Below are positions 34,392-46,748 of a DNA stretch of 64,000 nucleotides, piece by piece. The notes below the pieces were generated by a model. That model saw only the letters and a program-made list of their open reading frames with translations, searched no databases and was not told the origin of the DNA. The DNA comes from Trichodelitschia bisporula (lineage: Eukaryota): NCBI GenBank assembly GCA_010356995.1, contig ML996696.1, positions 126,364 through 190,363 of the forward strand, written 5' to 3'. A program made the translations under genes and the position numbers. The first letter of the stretch is position 1; each line of letters opens with the position of its first letter.

Positions 34392-35435
34392 GTTGATTGA
34401 GGTTGGTTGTAAAAGGGTTGAAAGTGTGAGTGTTTGGCTTGTAGGTTGTAGTGAGGAAGCTGAGTTGAGTTGCGGTTGATGGTCGTTTGAACAGCGCTGC
34501 TCTCTGTCCCTTATATCCCCCTCCCGAGACCCCTACGTCATCGGTCAGACCCGCTCCTTCCCAAACTCCCATTACCCCTCAGCCCCTCAGCCCCTCAGCC
34601 AAAGTGCATGTGCAAGCGGGCCCCCGCATCACTGCCTTGGTCAACGACTGCCCAACCACTTACGCCAGCCTCGTTCGGGCCTCCAGTGCAGCGCCTGACC
34701 TGAAGGAACCAACGAGCGATCAAGGGGTTACGAGCATGCCAACGCCGCTTCTAGCCTCATGCACTGCGTGCGGTACGTAGATTGGACCCATCTCCAGAAC
34801 GAGCTCAGCCGGGCTATTGAGCCTGGATCATGGGGCCTGTGGCCTGTAGCCATATAACGTCATCGGCATGTGGGGTTTGCCATGTCGGAGCAATGGCATT
34901 GCGAGCACCAATGGCATGGGAAGGCACGATCTGCAGGTACCTGGCCTGCTGGTTTAAAGACGCGAAAAAGCTTGCGTCATGGGCCATTCGCCGCTTTGTT
35001 TGGCGTTTACGTTGCGGCAATTTGGGGTGCAACTTGGAGCTAGGGAACTGGCCATGCAGAATGCACAATGGGTGTTTGCGGAGCCCTCCCCGTTTGCGTG
35101 CAGTGGCAGCTCGTTGTTACCAAGGTTCGGTGGTACGCTCATGGACAAGCATCGCGGGGCGCGAATCCCAATTCGACGGGCCCTGACATCATCCCCGCGC
35201 CCTTGCGGTAAGGTTATACCAACCGCGCTAGTCTGCATCAGGAAGCCAATTACATCATAGCTTCCACTCTTACGTGCGGGGTGACTACAGCCGCAAGCGG
35301 GGGCTGTCCAACTCCAATCTCCAAACATCTCACAGCACTAGTCTCACACTCCGTTGTCCAATAGACACCGCTCCGAATTCATCCGCCCACGTCTCCCCCC
35401 CACATCCCGGCTTCCTGTCATCCCAGGACCCAGAC

Positions 35436-35847
35436 ATGGCTACCACCGTTCCCCGTTTCAAGCTCGTCTTCTTCACACCAGTGCCTGCGGCAACGCCATG
35501 CAAGGCTGCCGTTTTCGCTACGGGGGCGGGACGTATCGGGTCGTACTATGAATGTGCGTTTACAACCCAGGGTGTTGGGCAGTTCCGTCCCGGCGACGTT
35601 ACCAATCCGGCTACTGGGAAAGTCAGGGTTACGGAGACTGTACCGGTGCCGGAACTCAAGATAGAGATGGTTTGTTATGAGGACGAGGGCGTCAGGATGG
35701 CGATTGCCGCGCTGAAGGAGTGAGTACTGTGCTGTATTTCGGCTTCATTGTTGTTCGAGGTAAGGGGACTTTAGTGGGACTGATCAGGGCCGAACTCATC
35801 CAGATGAGGAGCCGGCCTATGACGTCTACCGTATGGAGGACTTCTAG
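35436..35847 (+). CDS. Small Nif3/YbgI PII-like-domain protein; 3' splice site ambiguous, possibly a pseudogene
   Basis: FKLVFFTP...CKAAVFATGAGRIGSYYECAFTTQGVGQFRPG...EMVC, donor GTGAGT at 35720, and terminal HPDEEPAYDVYRMEDF*. Confidence 0.8.
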
Positions 35848-36421
35848 TGCTGGGATGGATCCAGTGGGGAGGACGATGTGGGAATGCGTGATATTGATGA
35901 CTTGAACACTCGTGGTATGAAGCATGATATGGAGTTCCGGTGGGGTTTAGCCATTAGATGGGGATAACGATGAACGAACAAACCATCCGACTCAACCACA
36001 GCTGCTCTGCCTCCGTTCCGCTGTGGTTAAGTTGAATGTCTTATTCCACCCTAGCACGGTTCGAATGGCCGAGCCCTCTAGTCAAAAACCGTCGAGATGA
36101 GATATCTCGTCTAGAAAATGTCGAAATGAGCAGCCGCTCTCCTTTCATCCTCGCATGTGCGAAGGGACGAAGGAATCGTCATCTCGCTGAAGCTGAGAAG
36201 ATTTTGACGGCAACCTATTGATGTGGCAACGCATGCAGTTTCATCCTTCCCGAGCCGTGACGGTATGCTACTAATTCTCTCATCAAAAATGAGTTGGGAC
36301 ATTCCCTTTCATCCTGCTGGCCTCAAGACGAATCGAGCCGTCACCCAATTGATGTCGAGATGAGTGCAAACTTCCACCTGAACTCGAATCAAAGCAGGTC
36401 ATTGACTGCTCGAACATACCA

Positions 36422-37957
36422 CTAGCTCTCCGAAGCCTTCTCCTCCTCATACTTGTCTAGCACTTGACTCAGCACCTCCTCCACCACCGCTCCTTCCCTC
36501 TCTACTTCAACCTGCCAATTCGCCACCGCTAACCGTACCGCCGTCTCCCCCTCCCATACCGTACCCGACACATAGATACGGCCTGTAGCATTAATCCTAC
36601 GCGCAAGGCTCTTGTCCAGCTCTTCATCCCTTGCGCGGAACAAGACAATCATGAAGATATCCCCCCTCTCCCCGCCTCTCGGCAGCAACTCATACCCCTT
36701 ACTCCCCTCAATCCACGCCGCAACCCGTCTCGCCAACCCAATCTGCCGAAACACCATCTCAGAATACCCACTCCCGCCATACGCCAGCAGGGTTGCGTAA
36801 ACCGGCAGTGCCCTGAAACGCCGACTATTCTCGATGCCGATGTTGAGAGGCGAGGGCACGGTCGGCCCGCTCGATGCAGGCGGAGTGAGGTACGCAGCGG
36901 CGTTGGCGAGCATGCGTGAAGCGAGGGCCAGGTGCTTGGAGAAGAAGAAACCACAGTCGTACGGCACGTTGAGTAGCTTGTGCGCGTCGCCAGTTATGCT
37001 GTCAGCGAGCTCCTCGGCATAGGACCGGTGGATAGCGGGGTAAGTGGAGGGGTGCAGAATGCGGGCCATAAGGCCAAAGGCTGGGTTGAGGTCTCAGTAC
37101 GCGGTCAAAGCGAGAGCAGAAAGGTAGGGATGGTAAGAAGGAGACAAACCCCCATCAGCATGCAGCCAGGCCCCAAACTCATCGCACGCCGCCCGCACCG
37201 CATACACGTCCTCAGGCGCCGTGTCCAAATACCCCGTATTCACCTCTCCCGCCCCGAGGCACACGATTGAACCCACGCCCTCACGCCCCAGCTCCGCTCG
37301 CAGCTTTTTGATATCCACCCTCCACGGTGCCCCATCGCGCGCCACGTCCACGATATTCGCCCGCCCGAGACCCGCAATACTCACCGCTTTCGCAACGCTC
37401 GAGTGCGGCATAGCACTCAGCACACGGATCTCGTCCAATCCAGCGAGGCGCATAGCCTTCACCAGGCCATGATCGGTGACAGAAACCTCGACGCCCTTAC
37501 GCCGCGCCGCCTCCTCAACCACCCAGTCGCGCCCCAGCGTGAGGCCGATGACATTACTCGCCGTAGCGCCGGTGGTGAAAGTGCGGTGTGTGAACACCTC
37601 GGGGTCAAAGTCGAGCAGGTCGCACAGGAGGTCCAGTGCCGCAGCTTCGACTTCCGTTGCGATGCTCTCGGCTGGCAGATGGACGGCCACGCTATAATCC
37701 CAGGCTGTAACGAGTGAGTCGGCGGCGCGGGCGGCGGGCGTGGCGCCCCCGGTTATGAAGCCGAAGTAGCGTGGGGAGACGCTGCTTGCTGGGACAGCGG
37801 GTGCGATGTCGGATTCCAGGTGTTTGAGAGTCGCGTCTAGGCCGAGAGGGGTGGAAGGCAGGGTGTGGTGCAGCGTGGTGCGGGCGTGATTGAGGGAGGG
37901 GGTAGTTGGGAGAACTAGGGCTGGTGGAGTGCTGGTTGTGTCCATTGCGGTTGTCAT
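36422..37957 (-). CDS. Group II PLP-dependent amino-acid decarboxylase; intron 37081-37149
   Basis: SPRYFGFITGG, FTTGATASN, PHSSVAKA, WLHADGAFG and DSITGDAHKLLNVPYDCG (PLP lysine). Confidence 0.93.
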
Positions 37958-38411
37958 AGGAGTTCTAGATAGACGGTGAGTAATGTAGAGATGTGATACG
38001 GGAGTGGTGATGTTTTATAAACACGGAAAGGGGAAGGACTCGAAAAACTCGAAGACTCAAATTGACCGATGGGAGCTGTCCTAATGTAAAGCCGTTGACT
38101 CACGACCCCGCCATTCCACAAGTGCTTATTATCCCGTACAGTTCGTATGCACACACGGCACATCACCCCGCGGCGTCTGTGAAGGTGGAGTCACTAATCA
38201 CTCCGGACTCGGGGGGCGCTTTGCGGGATCAATCAAAATCTCTCATCCCGGGTCTACAGCCTTGGCGTAAACCCGGGCCGACGCGTCTATCGCGCGGCTC
38301 GCCCAGTGAACATCAACTCCCTCAACCCCAAAAAAGCGCCACCAGCAAGCGACACCACCACAACGAACTCCGGCCACCCGCTCACTTACCCACCAAACAT
38401 GGTCCATCTCC

Positions 38412-41400
38412 ATGTCTAGAACGTCGAATAACCTCAAACCGCACCTCGACTGGCTCCTCACCTCCCGCCCCGTCGTTCCTCCGCCCCCGCTCGTGCCCTC
38501 CGCCATCCCCGATAGCTCGGCCTCCAGCTCGCAGAATGCGACGGGCCTTGAGGCGGTGACGATAAATTTCGCTGGGCTTTCTGGAGGAGAGGATAGACGC
38601 GTGCGCACACCGTCGCCTTCGCGCTCGCAACCTGCGCTCCAGCGCACGCCGCAGATGGCGAGGTTGCGCACGGCGCTCAGTTCGGCGAGCAAGCCGCGGC
38701 TCCTCAGCGAAGATGGCATACCCAATGGGCAGAATTCGCCGTGTATGACCTCCCGTCCTTTCATAATAGTACCACTAACCCCTCCAGCACGATCAACAGT
38801 CAAAAACACTCTCCCGTTGACGACTACGTCCGTGAACCCGCGCGTTACCCGCTCACGGCGGAATATCGACATGTCGCATGTAGAGGCTGTCGATCTGACG
38901 GACGACCCAACGCCTATAGAAAACTTTCGGTCGACTCGGAAGCGCAAGAGTGACGAGATGGACAACCTTACGCGTACGAAGTCCCCGCGTCCTGCGTCCC
39001 GTACCGCTCCCATAGAGGACAAGTACGCAGGCTTCACATCGATTGAGGAAGTCATATACCCGTCCGACCCTCCTCCTTCGTACCATACTGCCACCCATGA
39101 TTCCTCACGGAAAATGAGGACGGCTGCTCCTCCCGCTGTTCCGTCGACATCGGGTTCTGTACCTCTGGTAAAAGAGACGCCAAGGAAGGGGCGTGCGGGG
39201 TATGAGGAGTCTGCCCAGGACACCGTGACTGAGGTCACGCGCAAACGGAAGGAACTTCAGCGGACGGAATCCGAGATCTCGCATAGTGATGTCCGGCCGG
39301 CGCGGCGGAGACAAACCATCCCCAATTCTGAAGATGACGCGGTGCTTGTCGAAGATTCGGATGCGGAAAATGAGATCAGCAAGAACGCGGACGAGAGCGG
39401 GCTTATTGAGGACTCGGATCTGATGATCGGAGATGAAATCTCACATGCAGCACTCAACTCGTTCAAGACGCTGGACCTCGTTGCTGGCGATACTTCGGAG
39501 CTCTTTGTAGATGCGGACGAGACGCTGCCCGATGTCAACGAGAACTCGGTAATGACTATTCCAGACGAGCCGGAGTTCTCGAAGCCGGCAATACCTAATC
39601 TGCTTCCCACCGAATCCGCGCCTCCCCTCAGCTCTTGTTCAGCCTCAAACCCGGAGCTGCAGAGCATCGTCGACGCCTTTGTCAAGTGGACGGATCACGA
39701 GCTCAATGCCTACACGGAGCACCTGTCCAAAGAGCGCAAGGTGCTCGTCGCTCAAGTATGTGCGGCCCTGGAAAACGACAGCTTCGTGCCGCCCGAGATC
39801 CAATCTCAACTCAGCGCGAACAAGGAGAAACAGAAGGCAGTTGAGCAACTCGGTTTTCTTCGCATAGAGCACAGGAACCATGTTCAGCGTAAGGCCGAGC
39901 TGCGTGCCCGCTCTATGCATCTGTTTGAGGAGGGTATGGACCTGTCGAGCGCCGAAAAGGCGGAGAATGCCTCCGTCACTTCTGCGCTCAAGGCGACGCA
40001 AGATGCCATTCACTCCACCCTGCAGACCGCTGGCCTCATCAATGGCGCTAACATGCTCGTTGCACCTCCGAAATCATCCGTCATTGTACACTCGACACAA
40101 GCAACCCCCGCTCCTCCGCTCCTTTACTCCATCTCCGCCCCCATACAGAGCGTCCACCTAACCCAGATGATCCCCCAGAGCCCACAGAGTCCCTCTAAGC
40201 GATCTCAGCCTTCTCGCATACAGACAACTAACGTAAACCGGAGCTACCAAGCAGGCGATCGGATCCGGTTCTCGCCTACAAAACCCGTAAAGTCCGCCAG
40301 GCAGGCCAATCCATTCTACACAGACCGCGTACCGTCCCCTCCCATCTTTGACCTCGATAATATTGAAGATGAGCCGCAGTTTGCCGGCGTCATGGGTTCC
40401 CCGCCTCGCCAGGTGGGGCTGAATTCCGATTTTTTGGATGAGGATCTCGATGAGGAGGAGATGATCCGCGCGGCTGAGAGCGTGGAGATGATGCCTCGCT
40501 TTGGTGTCATGGGATCGTCTCAGGGAGCCTACCAGGCGAACTCAACCGTCCAGACCTCTGCGTATCAATCACATCCCGGGTTCCAGTCAAATGCTGGGTA
40601 CCAGTCCAATGCCGGGTACCAGTCCAATTCGAATTCGATATTCCAAACGAATCAGAATTATCAGTCGAATCAAGGCTATTCTAATTCCGGTTACCAGTCA
40701 AATGGCGGGTATCAATCCAACTCGGGGCCGTCGTATCCGGCGCCATATCAGTCTACCCCGACGTATTCGACTCAGAAGCCAATGGGGTCGATGGCACCCT
40801 CCAAAACTATGCCAAACAACACACAAAAGCCCCCAACGCCGAAGAAAGCGGAGCTCAGCTACCCCTGGTCCAACGATGTCAAGACTGTTCTACGCGACAT
40901 CTTCGGACTTCGTGGCTTCCGCCAACATCAACTGGAAGCCATCAACTCGACGCTCGCAGGCAAAGACACCTTCGTCCTGATGCCCACTGGCGGCGGCAAG
41001 TCGCTCTGCTACCAGCTGCCTGCTGTCGTCCAGTCCGGTCGCACCAAGGGCGTCACGATCGTAATCTCGCCGTTGCTCAGCTTGATGGAGGATCAGATCA
41101 GCCATCTCAAGGCTCTGGACATCCAGGCGTTTCTCATCAATGGCGAGTCCAAGGCCGAGGAGCGCCGCGAGCTCATGAACCACCTGCGCCGCTACGACGT
41201 CGAGCAGTACATCCAGCTGCTCTACGTGACCCCCGAGATGCTGAGTAAGAATATGGCAATGATCCGCGAATTCGAGGGTCTGCATCAGCGTGGCCGTCTG
41301 GCGCGCATTGTCATCGACGAAGCGCACTGCGTCAGTCAGTGGGGCCACGACTTCCGTCCGGATTACAAGGCGCTAGGACAAGTGCGGCAACGTTTCCCGG

Positions 41401-43739
41401 GTGTGCCAGTCATGGCGCTCACCGCAACCGCAACGCAAAACGTCAAGGTCGACGTGGTTCACAACCTCGGCATCCGCAACTGCGACGAGTACAAGCAGAG
41501 CTTCAACCGGCCGAACCTGACGTACGAGGTCATTGAAAAGTATGGCGGCTGCAACGTGCTTGACGAGATTGCTGGGATTGTTCGCAAGTATCGGAACAAG
41601 ACTGGTATCATCTACTGCCTTGCGCGCAACAAGTGCGAATCGGTCGCGAAGTCGCTGCGCGAACAGTATGGCATCAGGGCTCATCACTACCACGCTGGTA
41701 TGAAGCCCGACGAAAAGCGCCAGGCCCAGCAACAGTGGCAGGCTGGAGAGTACCACGTCATCGTCGCAACCATTGCGTTTGGCATGGGAATTGACAAGCC
41801 AGATGTGCGCTTCGTCATTCACTTCACTCTGCCCAAGAGCTTGGAAGGCTATTATCAGGAAACCGGCCGCGCCGGTCGTGACGGCAAGAAGTCAGGCTGT
41901 TATTTGTTCTACCACTACGGCGACGCAAACCCGCTGCGCAGGATGATCGACGAGTCGGACGGCAGCCAGGAGCAGAAGAATCGGCAGCACAATATGCTCC
42001 GCAACGTAGTGCAATTCTGCGAGAATCGCGTCGAATGCCGCCGCGTGCAGATCCTTCGCTACTTCAGCGAGATCTTCCCGGCGGAGAAATGCGCCGGCGC
42101 CTGCGACGTCTGCAAGTCGGGGAAGAAGATGGAGTTCCGTGATTTCACAGCCCATGCCGCTGAAGCCGTCGCACTGGTAAAGTCGCTGCCCAAGGGCTCG
42201 GAGCTTACAATCCTCATGTGCATCGACATCTTCCGCGGCTCGAAACGCGGCTTCGAGAGTCTGAACGGCTTCGGCAAGGGCAGAGAACTTAATCGCGGCG
42301 ATATGGAGCGCATGTTTGCGCGGCTGATGAGCGAAGGCGGCCTGGCGGAAATGAACAAAGTCAACGGACGCGGCTTTACGACATCGTACGTGAAACTCGG
42401 CCCGCGGGCTAACGACTTCCTCGAGCGGCGCCGGCCCATCAAGTTACCGGTGCAATTGTCCCAACCCGACAAGCCAGCGTCGAAGAAAGCCGCGGCGAAG
42501 ACGAAGAAGGCGGCCGCAGAGAAGGAGCCCAAGGCCACGAAGACAACGAAGAAGAAGGCGGCAGCAGCAGAGAAGGAGCCCAAGGCCACGAAGACAACGA
42601 AGAAGAAGGGCCCAACAACCGGCATGACCGGCGTCGGGTCCTCCCAACTCGCCTCAACAAACGTATCCTCGCCGCTCGCCGCCCCGCGCCGCAAAGCAAC
42701 CACCGCCGCCACATCCCTCGACCCCGACACCTCGCTGCACAGCAACGGGTACGCACGTTACTCGTTCGTAATACGTGACGGCGATGGCGATGACGATGAC
42801 TCTGCCTTCGAAACGGTAGGCGGGCCCGCGTCGCGCACCGTGGCGCGCGGGTGCGGCGGCCCCGGCACGCCCATCACCGAGGACGCAATCATGGCCGCAC
42901 TCTCGCCGCGCAAGCGCAGCATCGTCGACGACTTCATTACCCACGCTAAGGATACGGCGCGCACGCTGATGCTCACGCACCAGCTACGGGCCGCGCCGTT
43001 TACGGACACCGTGCTGCGCGAAATGGCGGTGCGCATGCCGCGTACTCAAGCGCAGCTCGCGAAGATCCCCGGCGTGAGACCGGAGATGGCGACGAGGTAT
43101 GGAGAGCCGTTTTTGAAGATGATACACAAGAGCGCGGATTTATACGCTGCGATGCGCGAGGATGATGGTGATGCGAATGAGGAGGAGGAAGATGAGGAGG
43201 AGATTCCTGAGGACCCGAATCATCGCGTCACGTACGTTATTTCCGACGACGAGGACGAGGGCGATGAGCACTCGGCCCCGCCGCCACGCACACAGGGGCT
43301 GCAGAACGTGGTCTCGCTCGTGGACGACGGGGCTGAGGAGACGGATTACGGCTCCGACATCGACCTCGACGACGAAGACGAGGAGGAAGTCGAGGCGAGC
43401 ACGTACTTCGCCGGACCGGCTTTCTCATCGCCCATAAAGCCGCGTCCGCAGCGCGCGGCTGCGGTCAGGGAATTCAACGAGCGCATGGCGCAACTGTCTG
43501 GTAAGCCCGAAGCTGAGAAGGCCGCGCCGGCGCCTAGGACGGCGAGGGGAGGGAGGAAGAGGGGGAGTTCTTCTACCGCTGGGAAAGTGCGGAGGCCGCG
43601 TATGAGTGGGAGTATGGGGGCGGTGAGGAAGAGGACGAGTGCTGGGACGGGGGCGAGGGGGGCGAGGAAGACTTCTGCTGGGAGGGGGGGGAGAGGGGGA
43701 CGTGGAGGAGGAGGGGGAATCGGTATGATGCCGGTTTAG
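38412..43739 (+). CDS. SGS1: RecQ-family DNA helicase (Sgs1/MusN/QDE-3 type); probable in-frame intron 38743-38787
   Basis: MPTGGGKSLCYQLP, DEAHCVSQWGHDFRPDY, ALTATA, ATIAFGMGIDKPDVR, YYQETGRAGRDG, RQC Cys cluster and an HRDC-like region. Confidence 0.97.
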   Translation: MSRTSNNLKPHLDWLLTSRPVVPPPPLVPSAIPDSSASSSQNATGLEAVTINFAGLSGGEDRRVRTPSPSRSQPALQRTPQMARLRTALSSASKPRLLSEDGIPNGQNSPCMTSRPFIIVPLTPPARSTVKNTLPLTTTSVNPRVTRSRRNIDMSHVEAVDLTDDPTPIENFRSTRKRKSDEMDNLTRTKSPRPASRTAPIEDKYAGFTSIEEVIYPSDPPPSYHTATHDSSRKMRTAAPPAVPSTSGSVPLVKETPRKGRAGYEESAQDTVTEVTRKRKELQRTESEISHSDVRPARRRQTIPNSEDDAVLVEDSDAENEISKNADESGLIEDSDLMIGDEISHAALNSFKTLDLVAGDTSELFVDADETLPDVNENSVMTIPDEPEFSKPAIPNLLPTESAPPLSSCSASNPELQSIVDAFVKWTDHELNAYTEHLSKERKVLVAQVCAALENDSFVPPEIQSQLSANKEKQKAVEQLGFLRIEHRNHVQRKAELRARSMHLFEEGMDLSSAEKAENASVTSALKATQDAIHSTLQTAGLINGANMLVAPPKSSVIVHSTQATPAPPLLYSISAPIQSVHLTQMIPQSPQSPSKRSQPSRIQTTNVNRSYQAGDRIRFSPTKPVKSARQANPFYTDRVPSPPIFDLDNIEDEPQFAGVMGSPPRQVGLNSDFLDEDLDEEEMIRAAESVEMMPRFGVMGSSQGAYQANSTVQTSAYQSHPGFQSNAGYQSNAGYQSNSNSIFQTNQNYQSNQGYSNSGYQSNGGYQSNSGPSYPAPYQSTPTYSTQKPMGSMAPSKTMPNNTQKPPTPKKAELSYPWSNDVKTVLRDIFGLRGFRQHQLEAINSTLAGKDTFVLMPTGGGKSLCYQLPAVVQSGRTKGVTIVISPLLSLMEDQISHLKALDIQAFLINGESKAEERRELMNHLRRYDVEQYIQLLYVTPEMLSKNMAMIREFEGLHQRGRLARIVIDEAHCVSQWGHDFRPDYKALGQVRQRFPGVPVMALTATATQNVKVDVVHNLGIRNCDEYKQSFNRPNLTYEVIEKYGGCNVLDEIAGIVRKYRNKTGIIYCLARNKCESVAKSLREQYGIRAHHYHAGMKPDEKRQAQQQWQAGEYHVIVATIAFGMGIDKPDVRFVIHFTLPKSLEGYYQETGRAGRDGKKSGCYLFYHYGDANPLRRMIDESDGSQEQKNRQHNMLRNVVQFCENRVECRRVQILRYFSEIFPAEKCAGACDVCKSGKKMEFRDFTAHAAEAVALVKSLPKGSELTILMCIDIFRGSKRGFESLNGFGKGRELNRGDMERMFARLMSEGGLAEMNKVNGRGFTTSYVKLGPRANDFLERRRPIKLPVQLSQPDKPASKKAAAKTKKAAAEKEPKATKTTKKKAAAAEKEPKATKTTKKKGPTTGMTGVGSSQLASTNVSSPLAAPRRKATTAATSLDPDTSLHSNGYARYSFVIRDGDGDDDDSAFETVGGPASRTVARGCGGPGTPITEDAIMAALSPRKRSIVDDFITHAKDTARTLMLTHQLRAAPFTDTVLREMAVRMPRTQAQLAKIPGVRPEMATRYGEPFLKMIHKSADLYAAMREDDGDANEEEEDEEEIPEDPNHRVTYVISDDEDEGDEHSAPPPRTQGLQNVVSLVDDGAEETDYGSDIDLDDEDEEEVEASTYFAGPAFSSPIKPRPQRAAAVREFNERMAQLSGKPEAEKAAPAPRTARGGRKRGSSSTAGKVRRPRMSGSMGAVRKRTSAGTGARGARKTSAGRGGRGGRGGGGGIGMMPV

Positions 43740-44277
43740 TGGGTGGTATGAATTATCGAGGTATGCTGACTTCGGCGTTGGTCAGGAGGGCGTTCTGGTG
43801 CCATTTGCCTGGTTCTACTGGTGGTTTTCTCTGGCTGTGGGTGTATTGCGGGGCCTGTGTTGTAATTGGGCCTGGTTATGCTCTCGTTGGATCGACTTTG
43901 GTCGATCGCCGGCGTTGGTGGGGATGAATAGATATACTCTGTTAGCCTGTCTCTTTAGTGCACGGTGAGGTAAAGCCGTGAACATGGATTGAACGGACGA
44001 TCCAATATGATTCCATGAGCACATAGTGCACCGGGGAAATATCCCGTGAGACTCATTCAAGGCAACCTTACACAAGTCAGTAGCTAGGTGCCGATTAGGG
44101 CTGGCACCGGCCCGCACATTCCAACCTCGGCCCGTGTGCGCGCTCATACCGGCACTTCCCGCGACCTTCAACTTCACCTCCTATTTCACTGTGCAAAATC
44201 TTATAATGCAGCTGTCAAGCTGAGTAGCAAAAAAAAGGATTCATCCATTGATGAAAAAAAAAAGATCAAGACATTCA

Positions 44278-44374
44278 GGGTTGTGCCGCGGATTGAACGC
44301 GGGACCTCTCGCATGTTTCCAGTGGAACTCAGGGTGAACCCTAAGCGAGAATCATACCACTAGACCACACAACC
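44278..44374 (-). tRNA. tRNA-Pro (AGG) with a 25-nt intron (44314-44338)
   Basis: GGTTGTG/CACAACC acceptor stem, TGGTCTAGTGGTATGA D arm, CTCGC-TTAGGG..T-GCGAG anticodon arm, GTTCAATC T loop, and a downstream oligo-T terminator. Confidence 0.96.
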
Positions 44375-44788
44375 TGGGATCTTGTTGGATGGATTTGCAC
44401 AATTAATGTACATAACAAAAATTTTACATAGGTAGGGTGGCATAAGGCAGGAGAATACTTGTCTAAGGAAGGGGCAAGACATAATGTGCTCATAGCTGAG
44501 CGAAGGAGCGTTTGAGGATATCCTGTATCAAATCGAGAGAGCCTCTCGACACTCTTCCCTTCATCATCTTACATCAATCTTCAACTTTCACAGTCGCCTG
44601 CTGCACATGAGGAGCCTTTGCTCCTATTAGAGTGCCGTCGGCAAATAAACGTGAATTGGACGTCACAATCGGGATCCAGAGTGAAAGATATTATCCAGAT
44701 CCATTATCGACTACGCTTACACATTTTCCATGTCTATAGGATATACCCCCCCACCCCCCCAACACCAAACACAAACGCCGCCCAAACA

Positions 44789-45712
44789 TCAAACCTCCGG
44801 CTCTCTCCTCTCCTCCCTCGGTGTATACGCCGGCGGCGGCCCCACACCCTCCTCCCCATGCCCATGCCGCTGACACATATACGGCGGCGCCGGTACATGT
44901 ACCTCTGCCGTCTCCGCCGTCTCCTCCACCCCCCTCACCACCGGCGGAACCGGCACGCGGCTCGCCAGCGCCAGCGCCAGGGAAATCAGAATCCTGTCAT
45001 CGTGAGCTTAACCACCCAGCCGTAAGGTCACTCGTAAGGCGACTCACACTTCCACAACCGCGCCCCAAAACCCGCCGCTGGCCGCACGACACGCGTCGCT
45101 CAGCCGCGCGCGCTGCGCGGTCCCCGTCCCACACATGTTAGACCCGTCGGTCGGAGCGCAGGTCTCTGTGCTCCCCGGGGCGGAGAATAGCGTGCGCGCG
45201 GCGTAAGAGGCGGGGTCGAAAGTGAAGAGACGCGCACACCCGTTCGGTAGGCCGGTGAGGGCGAGGAGCACGATGATGACGAGGAGGAGGGGGAGGTGTA
45301 GGCCTGCACTAAGGAAAAGGTGGGACAGGTGGTATGTCTTTCGGCGGATGGGCGTGGGGATGAAGAGCGTGGTTATGAAGAGGAGGGGGGGTGTTATGGG
45401 GAGGAGGATGGACTAGGGGGTTAGTCGGGGCGTGACTATGATGGAGGGACGTACGATTATGGCTACAACGCGTATGTGTTTATGGCTGCTGAACCCAGCC
45501 GGCAGCCCGAGGGCCAGATTCGCGAATATACCCAGCAGCACGACGGCGAGGATCCAAGCTGCCGTGCGGAGAACGGCAAGTGCGCGGGTCAGCGTAACTG
45601 GATGCGAAGCCCACAAGCGCATGCGCTGGCGGCGCGACAACAACTCCATAGACACAACAACCACGAGCGCCACGGGACAGAGGAGGAGGCAAAGTGAGCT
45701 CCAGAGCCTCAT
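44789..45712 (-). CDS. Multi-pass (MARVEL-like) membrane protein with a C-terminal PPAY motif; introns 45413-45454 and 44994-45047; start uncertain
   Basis: Two canonical introns join three frames into about four hydrophobic segments, a Cys-containing loop and a GPPPAYTP tail. Confidence 0.7.
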
Positions 45713-46748
45713 CCGCGGTGCAGCGGCCTATTTGACTGCACCACCAAACGTCTCCCGCCGCACATCGCCGCCACCCCGGGGCCGATCATGGTGCGACGGA
45801 CCTGCCGCGCGAGGACTGGGCGTTGCGCGATCCGGCGGATGGGCCCGCGAGGGTTAAAGGTAAGGGTTTCTTGACAGTGTTGCTGTGCCTCGCGCCCATG
45901 GGCCGCGATGTCGCGGGCGTGATCCGCGACCGGCTTCTGGTGAGATAGATTAACTCGGAAGGCGGGTAGATAAATTGGGAGCACGCGACGACGGGGTTTT
46001 GCAACCGGGGGTCGGGCCGGGAGGGCTGGTTGGCACGGGATGGGAATGTCGCTTGTATGTAAGCTTTGCGGTGTAGCTGGTGGTGGTTGGGGGCAAGGCT
46101 GAGCCCGATGCGGAAGGTGATGCTCTACTTCGCAGTATGAAGGGAAACTCCCCACCGGCGCTCGATATGAATAGCCTGATCCCCACTTGCACGGACACTG
46201 CGAGTCAGTCAGCCAGCGTGGTGCCGCATCGCGGGGTCCGCTGTCGAGCATCACATCTTAAGCTCCAGTATTCACAACAGCCAAATCCGGCGAGCATGGA
46301 AAACGCCACGCTGCGCGCACGAGTAGCCTTTAGACGTAACCCCCGCATCGAGATAGAAGCCCCGGCCTATCGTGGCAGGTAAATTCGCCTTCGGGCATGA
46401 ACAGCTGGCAAAAAGGACAGCACTTCTTTGTCCCCTGCCTCGCGCCGGCTTGCTCGAAACGAGTGGATGCCTGAGGCATATGTGGGTGCCTGCGCCTGCC
46501 GCCCCGTGAACCCAGCCCCCCGGACATTGACGTAGCAGGTTCTGCTCCGTGACAACACCGCGATAACTCCCGCTATTATGCTCTCAACTTCGAAGGCCGC
46601 TTGATCTCCGTTATTGTCGCGCATATCCACCCGAACACCCCCCATCGCCGCATACACGCCCGCGCCCGCGCCGTCGGCTTATCTCGCAACGTACCGTGCC
46701 GCGGCCCGAACACCGCGCCAAACGAACCCCACCACAACAACCGCAACA

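Noticed and set aside
32447..37957. ERG2-HSP12-Nif3-like-decarboxylase as a biosynthetic cluster
   Set aside because: No backbone enzyme, transporter or regulator; the functions are unrelated.
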